A DNA stretch of 64,000 nt from Raillietiella orientalis (lineage: Eukaryota). The translations under genes and the position numbers were made by a program. Location: assembly GCA_036172245.1 (NCBI GenBank), contig JAYWIR010000016.1, positions 3,658,001-3,722,000 on the forward strand. The letters run 5' to 3'. Shown one piece after another: positions 13,406-26,900 of this stretch. The notes beneath the pieces were generated by a model. It was given only the letters and a program-made list of their open reading frames with translations. It was not told the DNA's origin and made no database searches. Within the stretch, counting starts at the first letter, position 1. Every line of letters begins with the position of its first letter.

Positions 13406-14904
13406 TTAATTCTCATTCCAAGATTCATCAGCCCACTTGGGAAATTGTGTTTCAAAATACCAGTCGGGTCCCTGAAGATATGAATAATTTACGTGTCTCC
13501 TGGGTGGTTTTCCTTACCTTATAATTCAGAGCGTGAAGATACATAATAAGATCTTCGGGCTTGGGATCACTGTAGGAAACTCTGCATTCATAACAGTTGG
13601 GGTCTATCAAAGGATTGTTTGTTTCTCCGGTCTGTGTTGCTCGAGTGACTTTTCCAACAGCACTCTGACCAATGATTTCGTTTGGCAGAGAGATGCTCTG
13701 AGCAAGGAAGATGTCAGAAGATTCGTTCTCTCTATCCATCCAGTTTTCTATGTTGTGTATGTGTATTAAGTCCTCTATGAGTTTTTCATCAGATTTGCCG
13801 AAAATGCCATCTTTTCCCTTGTTAGGGCCGAAGACATCATGATTGTACAACGGATCATTGATGATGGGGAAACCTATAAAACTCAGTGCATCCGGGATCG
13901 AATGATTTGATCGTTTCCGCTACCTAAATATTGCAGATGCACTCTGATCTGGTGCATCCTGCCTGTGGCGGGTTTGCATAGCACCACGCTGCTTTTGCCG
14001 TTGAAACTTAACCTTTCGAAGGTTGTCCTGCATTCTTTGCCCCTTTTCGATACTTTGCATACTCCGATCTTGTAGCTTATGACTTCAATGGGCTCGCAGC
14101 ATTCAACAGGATCCCTACCCCCTTGACCCCTAGCATGCTCCTTATTTTGATTCTCATACTTGGGAAATTCCCCTTCCACTCTGCATACGTATTCTTTGGA
14201 AACTTGCCGATCTCGGATTTGCTTTTCTAATGCGCGTGCCTTTTCCACAGTCCTGCCGAATAACAGTATTCCACTGGTCAGGCGATCGAGCCGATGAATG
14301 GTGCGCAGATTTTTCAAACCATGTTCCTTTGCCAAAATGAACACCACTGTGTTGTGCCTGTATCTTCCGCACGGGTGCACCTGGATCGTTTTGAGAAATG
14401 CATTCAGTGCGTCATGAAGTTTTCGAGAGAAAAAAAAAAAAATTCCGCAACTTTCACACAGTGGTGGGCTGTCGCACAGTCCGAACACTTCAAAGAGTTT
14501 GGCGTGACCCTTCTCTCGTGCCTGCGAGCAGAGAGAATCACGCGGGTCGCCAAGCGGTGTTCAGGAGGTCACCCTGCTGACAGACGCGACCTCGCGCTCG
14601 ACCCCCGATGTCACTCGAAAACCACAATCGGGAAACCCGAGACCCCTTCAAAGTCATGCGTGAAGGTGTGTTCCCTTTCGTTTCCCTCGCGGTCCCACCT
14701 CCCGTGATTCGGTTGCTTTCGAGACACGACTCCAAGACTCTTTTGAGAGCGGGGAGCAATTAGAAGAAGCTGCGAAGGCCTTCCGATCGCCCAGCAGCGT
14801 CGGCACTCTGCCGTTTTAGAGGAGCAAAGTGGCCGGCAAGCACTCGAATCAGGGAACAGTCCTCGTGGAAGAACGATACTCGCGCAGATGTGTTTGGGAT
14901 CGTG

Positions 14905-14945
<41 letters not shown>

Positions 14946-17900
14946 ACTCGCTGGTTATGAAAGGAAACCGCGCGAGACACGAAGCTGCTGCTGACGTTGT
15001 TCGGTCAGATTCCGAAGAATGCGGCCGATTTGGTGTCACAGCGCAAGCCCTATACCCCCCTCCCCCCTTCCCTCCCCCTTTTTTTCCCTTCTTTTCGATT
15101 TCGGTTCGCTGCATTTGGTGCCGCACTCGATCGACCTCCGTGTACCGAAGCGCGCAGTCCGTTCGCTTCCCCTCGCGCCAAGAACGGAAGCGCGCTTTGA
15201 AAACGTTCCCCTTACGGTGTCGGATGCCTCCCGTGCAACCTTTGGTGCCATTTGATTAGGGTGCGAAGAGAAGTTGGCGCACCTTCCCATTCCTCCGAGT
15301 TCCCTGCGTTGCTGGGATCGGCAATCCTCGTTCGAATTCGCTGAAAGTTTCGCTCTGCCGCTGAGTTCAAGGGTGTTTCCGAGCAGCCGCGACGCTGTGT
15401 TTTTCCTGAGCAAAATAAAATGTTGTCCAGAATGGTACGCGCACCTTGAATCCATTAAACAGTGTACGCACCGGCTCTGAGTACGTACTGGCTCAAAACG
15501 GCAGCTCGAACACGCAGAAACCACATGGGCATATGTGCTGGCACAGAAGGAATGTTCGGGGCCCTGCGAGCGGAGCGTCACATCTCAAAAGCAATATCGC
15601 AAGTTAGTGGAACGGAATCCCGGAAGCGAGAAAATCGTTTCCATGGGAACCCGGAATCTCAGCGGGCTGGCTGTCCACGGCGCGGAGCGCGCACAACTGG
15701 GAACCGTGGCGGTGGAGAGGACTCCTTGCCTCTTGACGTCGAGAAACGCCTGGGAACCGAGGAGCCTCACGAGCATCCCTCCTTTGTGAACGTCCAGACA
15801 AAAATCAGGTGCAGCTGAGGTGACCAGCTTCGAGGAGGACCGTGGGGAGTGCTTGACCGTCCTGTCACCCACGCGCTTTCTTGAAAATCCAGAAAATGCA
15901 GCCGCACGGGGGGAGGGGGCGGATCGGTCACTACTTGCTTGCTGGTTTTCTCGAACCGTGCGAGCCTGACCCAGTCGCGGACGTGTGCCTCTGGTTCGGG
16001 AACTGGAACTGGATCCGGGCTGCGAGAGGATTCTGCAACATGAAGCAGGTCACACCAACGTCGTAACCAGAGACCCGTTTCCCTCCTCTGCCGAGCCCGA
16101 GGTGTTCTTTGGGTGCTGCATTTTTGCTTTCTGAACATCCGGACGCGAAGTCAGTCGCGGAAGCGCCAACCGGAAACCAACTCAAAGAACGGCATGGCGA
16201 AAAGTTTCCGGGAATCGGCGTGAGCCGGACGGTTTCCGGATGAGCAGATGCAGGCATCTCCATGAAATCGAAACGCATTCGGGACGCGACACACTTTCAG
16301 CGCAATCGTAAGAACCGACCCACACGCGTGTTTCATGAATGTGGCACCTAAACTGTAGGAAGCCATTTTTATTTCCTTTTTCGATGCAGAAGGATCCTGC
16401 GCAAACGGATCCGCTTCGCGACGTGTCGTTTAGAAAGCCACCCGGGGAGCAAAACCGGCCGTGCGCGCCAGCCAACGGCTTGGAACTGGTCCGGAACGTT
16501 CCGTTTGGGAGAGTCTCGTGGTGCCTTCTCATCTTGACGGTTGGGCACTGCCGCGAGCTCACGAATTGTCCGCAGCACCTGCCTCGTCTTTCCTATTTGG
16601 GGCGAGTCCTCCCTCGAGTCCTGAGACCCACTGCCGCGAATGGTGTTGGCTACGCCGCCCGGACGTAAAAGACCGACTCATAGCAAAGTGCAAGGAGAGG
16701 ACGCACCGGAATCAGCTTCTTGGAAGGGGACCTCAAACAGCAGACCACGTCCACGCTGCGCTATAGAGTGTTTCGACAGACGAACAAAAGCGCGCTAAAG
16801 AAAAAAAAGAAAAAGAACATGAAGATGGCTCTCGTGCCACCAAAGCCGCGCGCCGCGTCTTCCAAAAGCGGTTTCGGGACGCAGCGCGTCCCGAAACCGC
16901 ACGTTTCCCTTTCCGAAGATAAACAACACGGAGACAGCGCCATATGCTCGAGTGACCGCTTACGGAATCCAATGAAATGGGGGGCGGCACCCTGGGAACG
17001 ATCGTTCCTTCCACGGCATTCGTTACGGAGGCACGGAAAGAAAGGGGGAGGGGATGGCCACTCACCGGTATGGACGCAGGCTTATCAACCACGACCAGGT
17101 CCTCATCGGCGTGGACGATCTCGATGGGAGTGCCGGTAACAGGGACTTCATGCCTGAGGATTAAAACAGACAAGTAGGCGGAATCAAAATGGCGAATTTT
17201 ACCGCAAGACTAGCACAGTGTCCCATCCCATTTCAACGAGCGGGATAGACGTTCGTCGCCTCCTCCTCCTCCCCCCTTGCCAAGGACGGCAAACCAAGCC
17301 CAGCCAACGTTCGAATGACAACTCTTGACGGGCGGCACCGAGCCGTGAAACAGGGCGACAGAGGAAGAGGCAACCCGCATCGGCCCGATGGTGCCCGTCC
17401 ACGCTCCAGGCTGCGCGCGCGTCAGAAAAGCGATCCGCGGGGAAACAAAACGTCGCCCACCTCCATCCCCTCGCTCCGGACCACCCGGGAACCCGGAGCA
17501 CTGCGACCTGCCAATCTCATCTGAACGACCTCGCGCGAACGAGCAGCCGTGCGCCTGGAAGGGGAGGGGAAGGCCACTGAGGAGGGACCACACGAAAACC
17601 CGGGCGCGAACTCCCGCACGCAGGTGAAGCCACGGGCTCGTGGACGGCAGCGCCTCCTCGTCTTTTCGCAGCAGGCAGCACCTTGGTCCAGAGGGCGCGG
17701 AGCCAAGAGATGCGCTCCCGCCGACTCGGACTGGACCGTGTCGCCGCAGGCATCTCTGTGTTCACGAGGAAGACGAGAGGACGGGAGGAAGGAGAGCGCA
17801 TCCGCAGCTTCCCGGCGCGCCCCGAGTGCGAGGCAACTCAGCCCTCCGAGGGCGTGGCATCTATACCCTTGCCCTCTCGCCGTGAGGAGGGGACCCACGG

Positions 17901-20900
17901 GCCGCGGGCTCGCCCAGTCGCTCGACACAAGTCGGCGTCCCACGCAAGCTGCCGCTCTTTCCCGCTTCCCGGCTTTCCTCGCCGATTCCGCAGTGGTCCC
18001 CGCAGGAAAGGAGGCTGCCAAAGGAATCCGTTACTCCCAGGCACGGGAGAAGATTCACACGGGCCCTGTTTTCGCATCCCCTTCCCCCACGTTCAGAACC
18101 CCTCCCACGCCCACAAACTAACTGCCCGAGGCCGTCCCACGGCGAATCGGGTTCACTTCGACCGGGACACAAGGAGCGGGGCAGGCCCGCCTGCGAGAGT
18201 GCACTGCGGCAAGCGGCATCGCATTGACCGAGGGACGACGGCCCGCAACGACCTCGTTTTGCCGGGCTCGTCTGACCCCACAGGGTGCGTCGATCGGCAA
18301 TCCGATCACAACGCGGGTCAAACAGCAGGTCGCCGGTCACTCAGTCGTCTGTAGTGGTCGACGCCGGCGACGCAGCCAGTTCGAATCGAAGGGACTTCCG
18401 GCTGGCAGCTTCCGAAGCAACGTCGAGAAACTTCGAAACACCCGCGACCGTCGAAGATTCAGACGCGGGTCACGGTCCCTAGGATTCACGAGGAACAAAG
18501 GAAGGAATGGCAAAGGACGAGGGGCAACGGAAAACGAAGAAACCAAACGACAAACGGGAGCAGAGAAAACGCCGGGAATGTCGGATGATCGGCATGGAAG
18601 AAAAAAAAGGCGTTCGGCCGAGAAGACGGCGGTCACCGTGATGGAGGGAGCAACGGAGGTCGTCCGAGGTGAAGGCAACCGGAGAGGTTCTGGGAGCGAA
18701 GTGTCCGGAGTGCCCCCAAATTTTCGCGATGAGGTACTCGCGGAGAACGCAAGGAAGGCGGAAGACGTAGGAGGACGGGACGTTCCTTCATCCCGGGGAA
18801 CCCGAGCGCCGGGGCTTTTCCCACAAGCGGCGCAGCCTTCCGAACGAGCTGTGTCCGCCTGGGACGGTGCACGCGGGCCGCCTCTCGCACGCACGCCGAA
18901 TCGCTGTGTCTGGAGGCAGCCTCGCTGACGCGCGACGAGATGGCAGCACGTGTCCGAAAGGCTACTCTTGAGGACGGGGGCGCATGCGGCTTGCGATCAG
19001 TCCGTACCCAGCGTCCATCCCGACTTGCTGCTGCTGGGAGGGAAACGGGGTGCCGCTTGGGAGAGGCCCCCCGGAAACTTTGGAGGAGGCAGGCGAGGGG
19101 GGAAAAGCGGATGCGGGCAACGAGCACTCGAAAAGTTCTCTGCATCGACAGGGAGGAGAATCCGGGGAACGATGGGTGAGGAGGGAGAGCTCGAAATCTT
19201 GGAGGAACGCACCGGGAATCCAGCATACAGTTGTCCCGTCACATCCTTAGGATGCATCACACTGGACGTGAAGCAAAAAAACCCACGTGGATAGTGCCCT
19301 CGACTGGGCAGGGGCGGTGAAGATCCATCCCCCGCTCCCCTCCCCTATAATCCAAAAACTCAAAGACCAGCGGAAAATCCCTTATTGCAGTTAACACAGA
19401 GGGACGCGGGAGAAAGCCGGGCATCCCCTCCTAACACTTCTGGTGCCAAGAGACGAATGAGCGACGCCTGTGGCAGGACCACAGGTGCCTCGGAGGCTGC
19501 CTCTCCTCACGAGTCCCGACCACGCCGCGGTCTCCGAAGGCTCGAAGCGTCCGCGTTCCCTCCTCGCCCATCGGGTGTTCGGCGACGCACTCGGAGAGGA
19601 CGCGACCGGATGCTCATGTGGTCCTCGGGGTTCCCCTCCATACCCCTCGGGGGCGACCCTCCATCGCCTACCACGGAGCTGGTTTACCCCCTTCGAGGAG
19701 CGCCTCTGTCAGTAGCGGGCTGCTCCTTCGGGAGGCGACGTCCAGAGAGAGCTCGAGAGAGAAAAGGGATCCACATAAGGACGTGTGAAGACGCGTGCTT
19801 TTCTTGAAGGGCGAAGGGCAGAAGGTGAACTCAAATCACTCTGCGCTCCCCTGACCGAGCGATTCGGCCCTGCCGAGGCGAGCCTGGTCCAGCCCTCCGC
19901 AGAGAATGCCCACCGCCCACCCCCCTTTCAGGCGCCGATGCACAGGTCGAGCGGTCCTCCGAGTTCGGACTGGCCGTGGACCCCTCAAGCACCCCTCAAG
20001 TGTGCTCCCGGGGAAGAGGACGCAACCGGGCAAAGGTCACGCTTGGGCAGGACAAACGGAAAGAAGAGAAGCAGGAACGCCACTTCCAGGACCCATCAAG
20101 GGATGAGCCGGTGAAGAGTCCTCGAGACGACGTCCGGATCTCGAAGAGACGGCTGCTGAGGAGCATCCTGGTCGGCACGACAGCGTTCGTTAGGACGGTG
20201 ACCTGTTCCTCCGGAGGCAGGCAGGCAGGGGATCGCCCAAAGCCAGGACGGAAAAGACTGCCGGCAGGAAGCGGAGGCTCAGCGCAATTTCTCGAAGACA
20301 GCTCTTGAGCTGCGGCTCTTTCTCTCCAGGTGGCACCCAAGTCGACGCGCGCATCCTCGAAGAACGTGACCGGAGCGCGTACTGTCGTTTCCCTCCCCCA
20401 CTCTCTCTTCCTGACGTCCGTCGGCTTCCGGACGGCGATTCTTCCGAGCGGAGCCGAGACCGCTCCTTGCGCAGCAGACGACGACCAAGAAGAAGAAGAA
20501 GAAGAAGAAGATCCAATCCTCCTCGAAGAACCTGCCGGCAAAGGCACTGATCACAGATTGTGTTTTTTTTTTTTTTTTTTTTTCGAACAAGGTCGGCTGA
20601 CGCGCGCCGTCCTGGAGTTCCTGCGTTCCCAATTCCTGCAGTCATAATGAAGAATAAAGGAAATAAACCAAACCAAAAGGAACGCGCGCGCGCGCGCGCG
20701 CACCACGAAAACCCTGCGGAAAGAAACACCATTAATCAATGGAGCGCTCCGCAGCGCACGGCTGCGCGCACCGCGGTTACCAGAAAGACATGAAAAATGC
20801 CTCCTCAACATGAAACAACGGCGAAGGCCCCATGGGAACCGTGTGACATCCGTTAACAAATCATCCCCGTCATGAACCACTAGACGACGTTGCACGCCGG

Positions 20901-23900
20901 CAGAAGAGCGCGCGGGCTTTGAGGAACGTTCCGTTCGAATGCCCCGCGTTGGAACGCTTCGTGCGTCCATGCCGGGCGTGGACAGCACCGGCCTACTCGC
21001 AACGCCCCCGGCGTCCGCGGCGGGCAGCCGGCGCTTCTGTGTCACCTCATCCCGCTCGTATTTTTTGTCCCAATTCATCCACGCCAAACGCTGAGGTCTC
21101 GAAAATAACTTTACAGAAACGCGGACGTAAGAAAAAACAGGAGATCCGTTGCCGCCGCTGGCGGAGGCGTCATGCCCCGATCTGCGAACGGCATGGCCGC
21201 TGTCCTCTTCACCTCGATCGGTGGTCACCCTGACCGATTCATTCATGCGGATCCGATCGCTCGACTACTCGCGGCTGTCGAAGAGTCTTTGAGATGGATA
21301 GCGTCATTCCCGCGGTGCAACCCGATGCTGTGTTTATCAACGAAACACTTGACATGTACGTGTCCGTGAATCCGCATTTCCTATTGGTTGACACCACGCA
21401 GTCGGCATCCCTGTCCAGCTTTGGCAGCTGAAGACATCCTCAGAGACATCGACTCATCTCAATTACCACGTCGATCCCGTCTGACGAGACTCGCGAAGAA
21501 ATCCTACTGGTGGTCTGCAACGCACCTCTGGAGAGGACCAGAATCTTCTTGCGAGATGGTTCGTCGTTCGTTCGTTCCTACCGTGCACCTAGGGCGAATC
21601 CCAAGGTAGCCGCGCACCCCAAACAAACCCACTCTTCCTGTCGAGTCACGCGAGTCCCGGATTACGTGTCGTCACGTGCCGCCATCTGTTCCGCGTGACC
21701 GTCGCCAATAGGTCAGAACTGACCGCATGGGCACGTCGCACCACACGACCCCGTCACGGCGGTGCGCGGGGGGTTACCCCGCAAAGGTCACTCCTGACGT
21801 TGTCTCCTTCCGATGTCTCCGGGAATGTTTCACGAGCATTCAGCCCTGGGTGACCAATCTTTTCTCCAGCTGCCGCCATTTCCGGCGAACAACCGGAAGA
21901 TTCCCTCCTCATGAAGCCCATACGCAACCATCCAACACTATGCAACACTATTTCAAGATTCCTACATTTTTCTCAGAAAGCCTCTGTAGTACATATACAT
22001 ATATACATATGTATATATATACGTATTACAGGAGAAAATAGATCTTTCTGTTTCCTCTGAATTTATGCAAACATACATATACGTACATTAGTAGTATATA
22101 CACATATATTTATCCATTGTAGTATATATTCAGATAGATATAGATGCAGATAGATATAGGTGTATTTTCCTCGGAGCCTCTGTGTGCACGTGTATGTACG
22201 TATGTATATATATAGATACAGATACAGATATAAATGCAAATAGATACTTAGATAAATGGAGACAGAGATAGATAGAAATGCATAAATAAATAGATACAGA
22301 TAGAAGAGATATAGAAATAAATAGATAGATATAGATGGATGCAGATAGATGTGGATGTAGACGATAGATGCAGGTAGATCAATATAGATAGATATGGATG
22401 CAGATGGATGTAGATAGATATCGATGTAGATATTGATAGATATAGACACAGATGGATGGATGAACGGAGAAGGACAACAAACGGACAAATGATAGACAGC
22501 ACGGCCACTGTGCCCTCTTAGCGGTGAACGCCTCGCCGAGCAACGCAAGAGCACGAACCGATGGTACAGCAGCTGTGGCACGTCAACTGATCACCACGAG
22601 AAGGGAAGCAGAGGAGAGCAGATTTACCTGTGCACCACGTTGGCCAGCAGATCATTGTGACGTAAAATGTAATCACAGGAAACTTTTTCGTAATTGACAG
22701 TCAGGGTACCCGCTTCTAGGCATCGCTCCTGTGGGAACAGCGATGAAGACGCAATTTTTTTTTTTTCTTTTTTTGCATTTCTTTGTTTGTTTCGAAAGAA
22801 CAAACGAAAAACAATCGTGAAGACATACGTATTCTTCCTTTGAATGAGCACGGAACTCTTTCGCGAAGACATCAATAATCCGCTGACCGATCCACCTTCC
22901 TTTTGTGAAAGTTGAAAACGTGAAATAGTAGGGCTGCACTTTTCTAAGTCCTGCAATCCAAAACACACATGAGGATCTACTCACGTCATCTCCATGCCTG
23001 CCACTAAGCTAACATGGGGCAGGAAACCAAGCAACGGAGTCATACGCGGCGAGCGTCGTCTCCATCGAGGCGACCACGAACGGCACGGCTGTCCACGGTC
23101 CACGCGATGGCCAGGAGCGCGGCCGAGCTGCTTGCCCAAAGTAGCTGCGCCGGCGTTGCCTACGCAGTGGTGCCCGGGATGGTGAACGCGGAGGGCCCAG
23201 CCCGCGGGCGATGACGCGCCTCGCGTCCAGCGAGGTTTGGGACTTGGCCGTCCCGCGACCACGCCTTCCGCACGGCACAACCGCTCCGGGTCTCGAGGTG
23301 GCAGCGGCGAAGCCGAGCCAGCCGCCGCCACCAGTCCGCCGGAAAGCGTGGACGGGAGGCAGCAGATTTGCTGGAGGCGGATCGGACAGGTCTCGCAAGA
23401 AAGACCTTTCGAGGGAGACGCGATCGACGCTGCTTGGGGCATCTTTTTCTGTCTTTTTCTGCTCCTGAAGAGTTCGGAAACCCCGGCGGGAGATCGTCTG
23501 CGGAGGGAAGGAAGATACAGAGGAATGGATTCTTGGAAAATAAACAAGCACGGGAGAAAATAGATCTTCCCGACTCCAAGTTTACAAAACAACGAGGATT
23601 CGAAACAAACGCACTGCTCCTGAGATGCCTGTCAGAGGAGTAAAGAAGGAAGGAAGGGCAAACGTATTTTCCGGTAAACAGGGGTGCCGCCGCATCAACT
23701 ACAAGAGATTACTTCATCCGCGATGATCGCTTTTTCCGAAGAGCGTCAGGAAGACGGGATGCTCATGAAAAAGTAAAACCTCATTCACTTCGTTAGAGAG
23801 AGAAGCGACTCGGGGAAGCTGCAGACACGGGGAAAAAAAGGAGTGGCGGCGGCCAGTGGGACCTCGGCGCTACCGGGGGACAACGACCGAACGAATAAGA

Positions 23901-26900
23901 CTCGAGGAGAACCCAGTCCCCATTAAGACGTCTTCTGCTTCTAGATTTACGTGGGGGGATTACCCCAAGGGACAACGATACCTTCACACCGTCGCACTTC
24001 GTTCCCCCCTTCCCTGGCCTCCCAGCTGGATGCCCCGTACCCAAATTCAGGGACCCCAAGAAGCGTTCTTTTGGCTGTTCTTGTGCGCGAGGATCCTTCA
24101 GCGTCTCGGTAAGTCTCCCGATCGCTCTGAACCCCGCTGCCTCTCTTCGCGTGTCGCAAGCCACGGGCGTGGCGGGAAGAAAACAAAAACAGGAAAAAGA
24201 CAACTGCTGGAGAGAGAAGGCGGCCGCCGTTCTCGGGAGTGAGACGCACCTCGTCTTCCGCGGCTTCGGAGAGCGCTCGGAGGGAGGCCCGGCACGAAGC
24301 ACCGGAAGACCCCAGACGTTCCAGAAAAAGTCTGTCCTGCGTTCCCGATGCGGAGCCGCGGCAGATCCTCGTCGCGACCGACGAGGTCCTGTCGGGGTGC
24401 CATCCCCGCTTGCCGGAGCCTGAGGGCGCGGCTCAGCCCGGCCGCGCGCGCACCTTCGCGAAGCACGCAAGAGCCACCAACCAGGTCTTCCCTTCTGGCG
24501 AGAGAGAGAGAGAGAGAGGTCCTCGAACCTGCTTCGAGCAGCAGACGGGCGGTCTCTCAGAAGTCTCGGGACTAATTTTAGGACCAATGGGTTTTCCTTT
24601 GTGGCCTGTTGATGCCCCCTCGCCCTTTCCAGTTTTTTTTTTTTTTTTTTTTTTCTCCCTCGCAGAAGGAAGAAGAAGAAGAAGAAGAAGAAGAAAAGGA
24701 ATCCCTCGGAGGAGCCTGAAGCCGTTCCGCTTCACCCTTTCACCCGCGCACCGTGCATCCCTGTGCCGGTTTTCAAAGGACGAGTCTGGATTTAGGGATA
24801 GACTATACAATGTTTCTCGGGACGCTGGGAAAGGGGGAAAGAGCTGGCGGAGCCAGACAGGATGCGTAAAAACGCCCGCGAACGCAAAAATATGGGAACG
24901 TCACGGCGATGCACCGTCCGGAAAGGAAAGTGGCAGCGAACGTTGCCTACGATTTGCCCCGTCGGCCCGATCGTAGACGGGGATCCATTTTCGTGTGTGC
25001 GCGCTCTTCCAGGATCCGGGAGAGGTGGCGCGCGCGGTGAAAAAGGTATTTCAGGAGCGGCATCTCGTCGGTCCAACGTTGAAAGAGGCAGGGGCTTGAC
25101 GGGCGCATCCTCGCGTGCGCAAGAAGCGCGAGACCTTGAACAAAAAAGCTGATACTCTGTACCAGGAAGGGCTCATCCATTTCCGATGCGAGGATCCCGT
25201 ACCGGGCGGCGGGAGAGGCGGCACTCGAAGGCGCCCATCCGTTTCCGCTCACCTACATAATTAGTGAACTGCAACGGTTCCCCGTGGCGGTCGGTCCCAC
25301 GCCGGGGACGGCGGAGCCGGGAGCGGGGCGGCAGGACTCCTCTCTGTAACCGAAGAAGCCCCTCCACGGGGAACCGCGCGCGGACCGCTCGCGGGCGCCA
25401 ACGGATCGGGTCGTCCGCTGGCTTTCCGTCGGGCCGCGGAGAGCCCATCCGGGGAGGAGGGGGGGGCCTCCGCCTGCCAACGACGGGAGTGCCGCTCTTC
25501 CGTACGGCTGAACGGCAGGATGTGCTCGTAAAATCCCCGCAACGCATTCCGGACGCATTCTCCGGTTTCCAAACGAAGGGGAAGAGGAACGGAAGGAAAA
25601 ACAATGATGACTCCGGGAAAAGCAGGCTCACTCCCGGACTCGGCGCTCCCTACAGAAAGCCACGCACATATTCACGGATGATACAACGAGATACAGAGGT
25701 TCTATTCTTAGCCGCATCCGCGCTCTTTGCGACTAATGGAGTTCTGATCGAAAGAAACGGCCGGCATCCTGGAGGGGGGAGGCCCCCCCCTCCTATAACG
25801 CGGGAGCACAGGTCCCGCGTTATACGAGCCCTGTGTAGGGCTAGACCCGCATGGTGCCACAAAAGACAGGAGGAGGATGTTGATCATTTGACTTTAATGA
25901 ACGAAAAGAGTGTTTATGATTTAAATTGAAGTGAAAAGAAAGAAAAAAGGAAGAAAGCGCCTTTTAGAGTGATTCAACCAACTCAAACGCTTCCACCTTT
26001 CAAAGCGCCATCTTTCTCGTTGCCGAAAGACTGCGTCCCGTCTTCCCGCGTTTTCTGCTTCTCCACACACGGAAACATGAATGTAACGGGAGCCGAACTA
26101 CTTAAAACCGCGTTTTCGCGCTCTTTCCCTGCCCTCCCTAAAAAAACAGGGGGGGGGGGGGAAGGGGGGAAGACAGCTGAACTGACAGTTTACTGCAGAA
26201 TTGAACTCTGCCCAAAGCGTCGCACGGAGGCGACGCACGCACCGCGTTCTACGAGGACTCGTTCCACTCTGCCATCCGGCGGGGTTCCATAAACTTGCGT
26301 TGGCAACCCTGGCCAGCATTTTCCGTCGCGTTATACGAGGCCCCGACGTGCTTATCGCCATGGGCGTTCATCTCCCGAACCGGCCGGAAGACATCCGACG
26401 GCACGAAATGCGCCAACGCGTGCGCCGCGCCATGGCCGGCCATTACGCTGCAAAGGGAAGGGGCGCAGGGTTGCCAACACAAGTTAATGGAAGCTCTCAG
26501 GATGGCATTCGAAAACCCGCGATTTTGCAAAAAAAAAAAAAATCCAGGAATTTTAATACCCAGGAATTCATTCTTATTATTAGTAGCAATGGTGCCCATA
26601 GCTAAAAGAAAACATTACAGCACTTGTAATTAAATACTCAAAATAGCTGCTGCTGCTGCTGCACTACTACAATCAGAATTTAAACATCAAAATGTTTTAG
26701 CAATAAGGAGGTCGTTTTCCTCGACATCCTTTATTAACAACGCAATAATTTATTAACGTGACTCCACCTCTGCCAAGATTGAAGCAGGGGTGGATCCATT
26801 CAGCGCTGGCGACAGCCTCCACAATTGAAAATTTTCTGTGCAACCATGGAAACCCCGCAAACCCCAGCGGCCAGAGATTTAAATATTCCCCCCGGGATCC

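Noticed and set aside
21481..21515. CTGACGA..GAAA hammerhead-like core
   Set aside because: No stem II closing pair before GAAA, and no convincing stems I/III.
25247..25270. Minus-strand TAG|GTGAGC as a recursive splice site or microexon in the RPUSD2 intron
   Set aside because: No pyrimidine tract and the branch-like CTAAT is too close to the AG; not distinguishable from chance.
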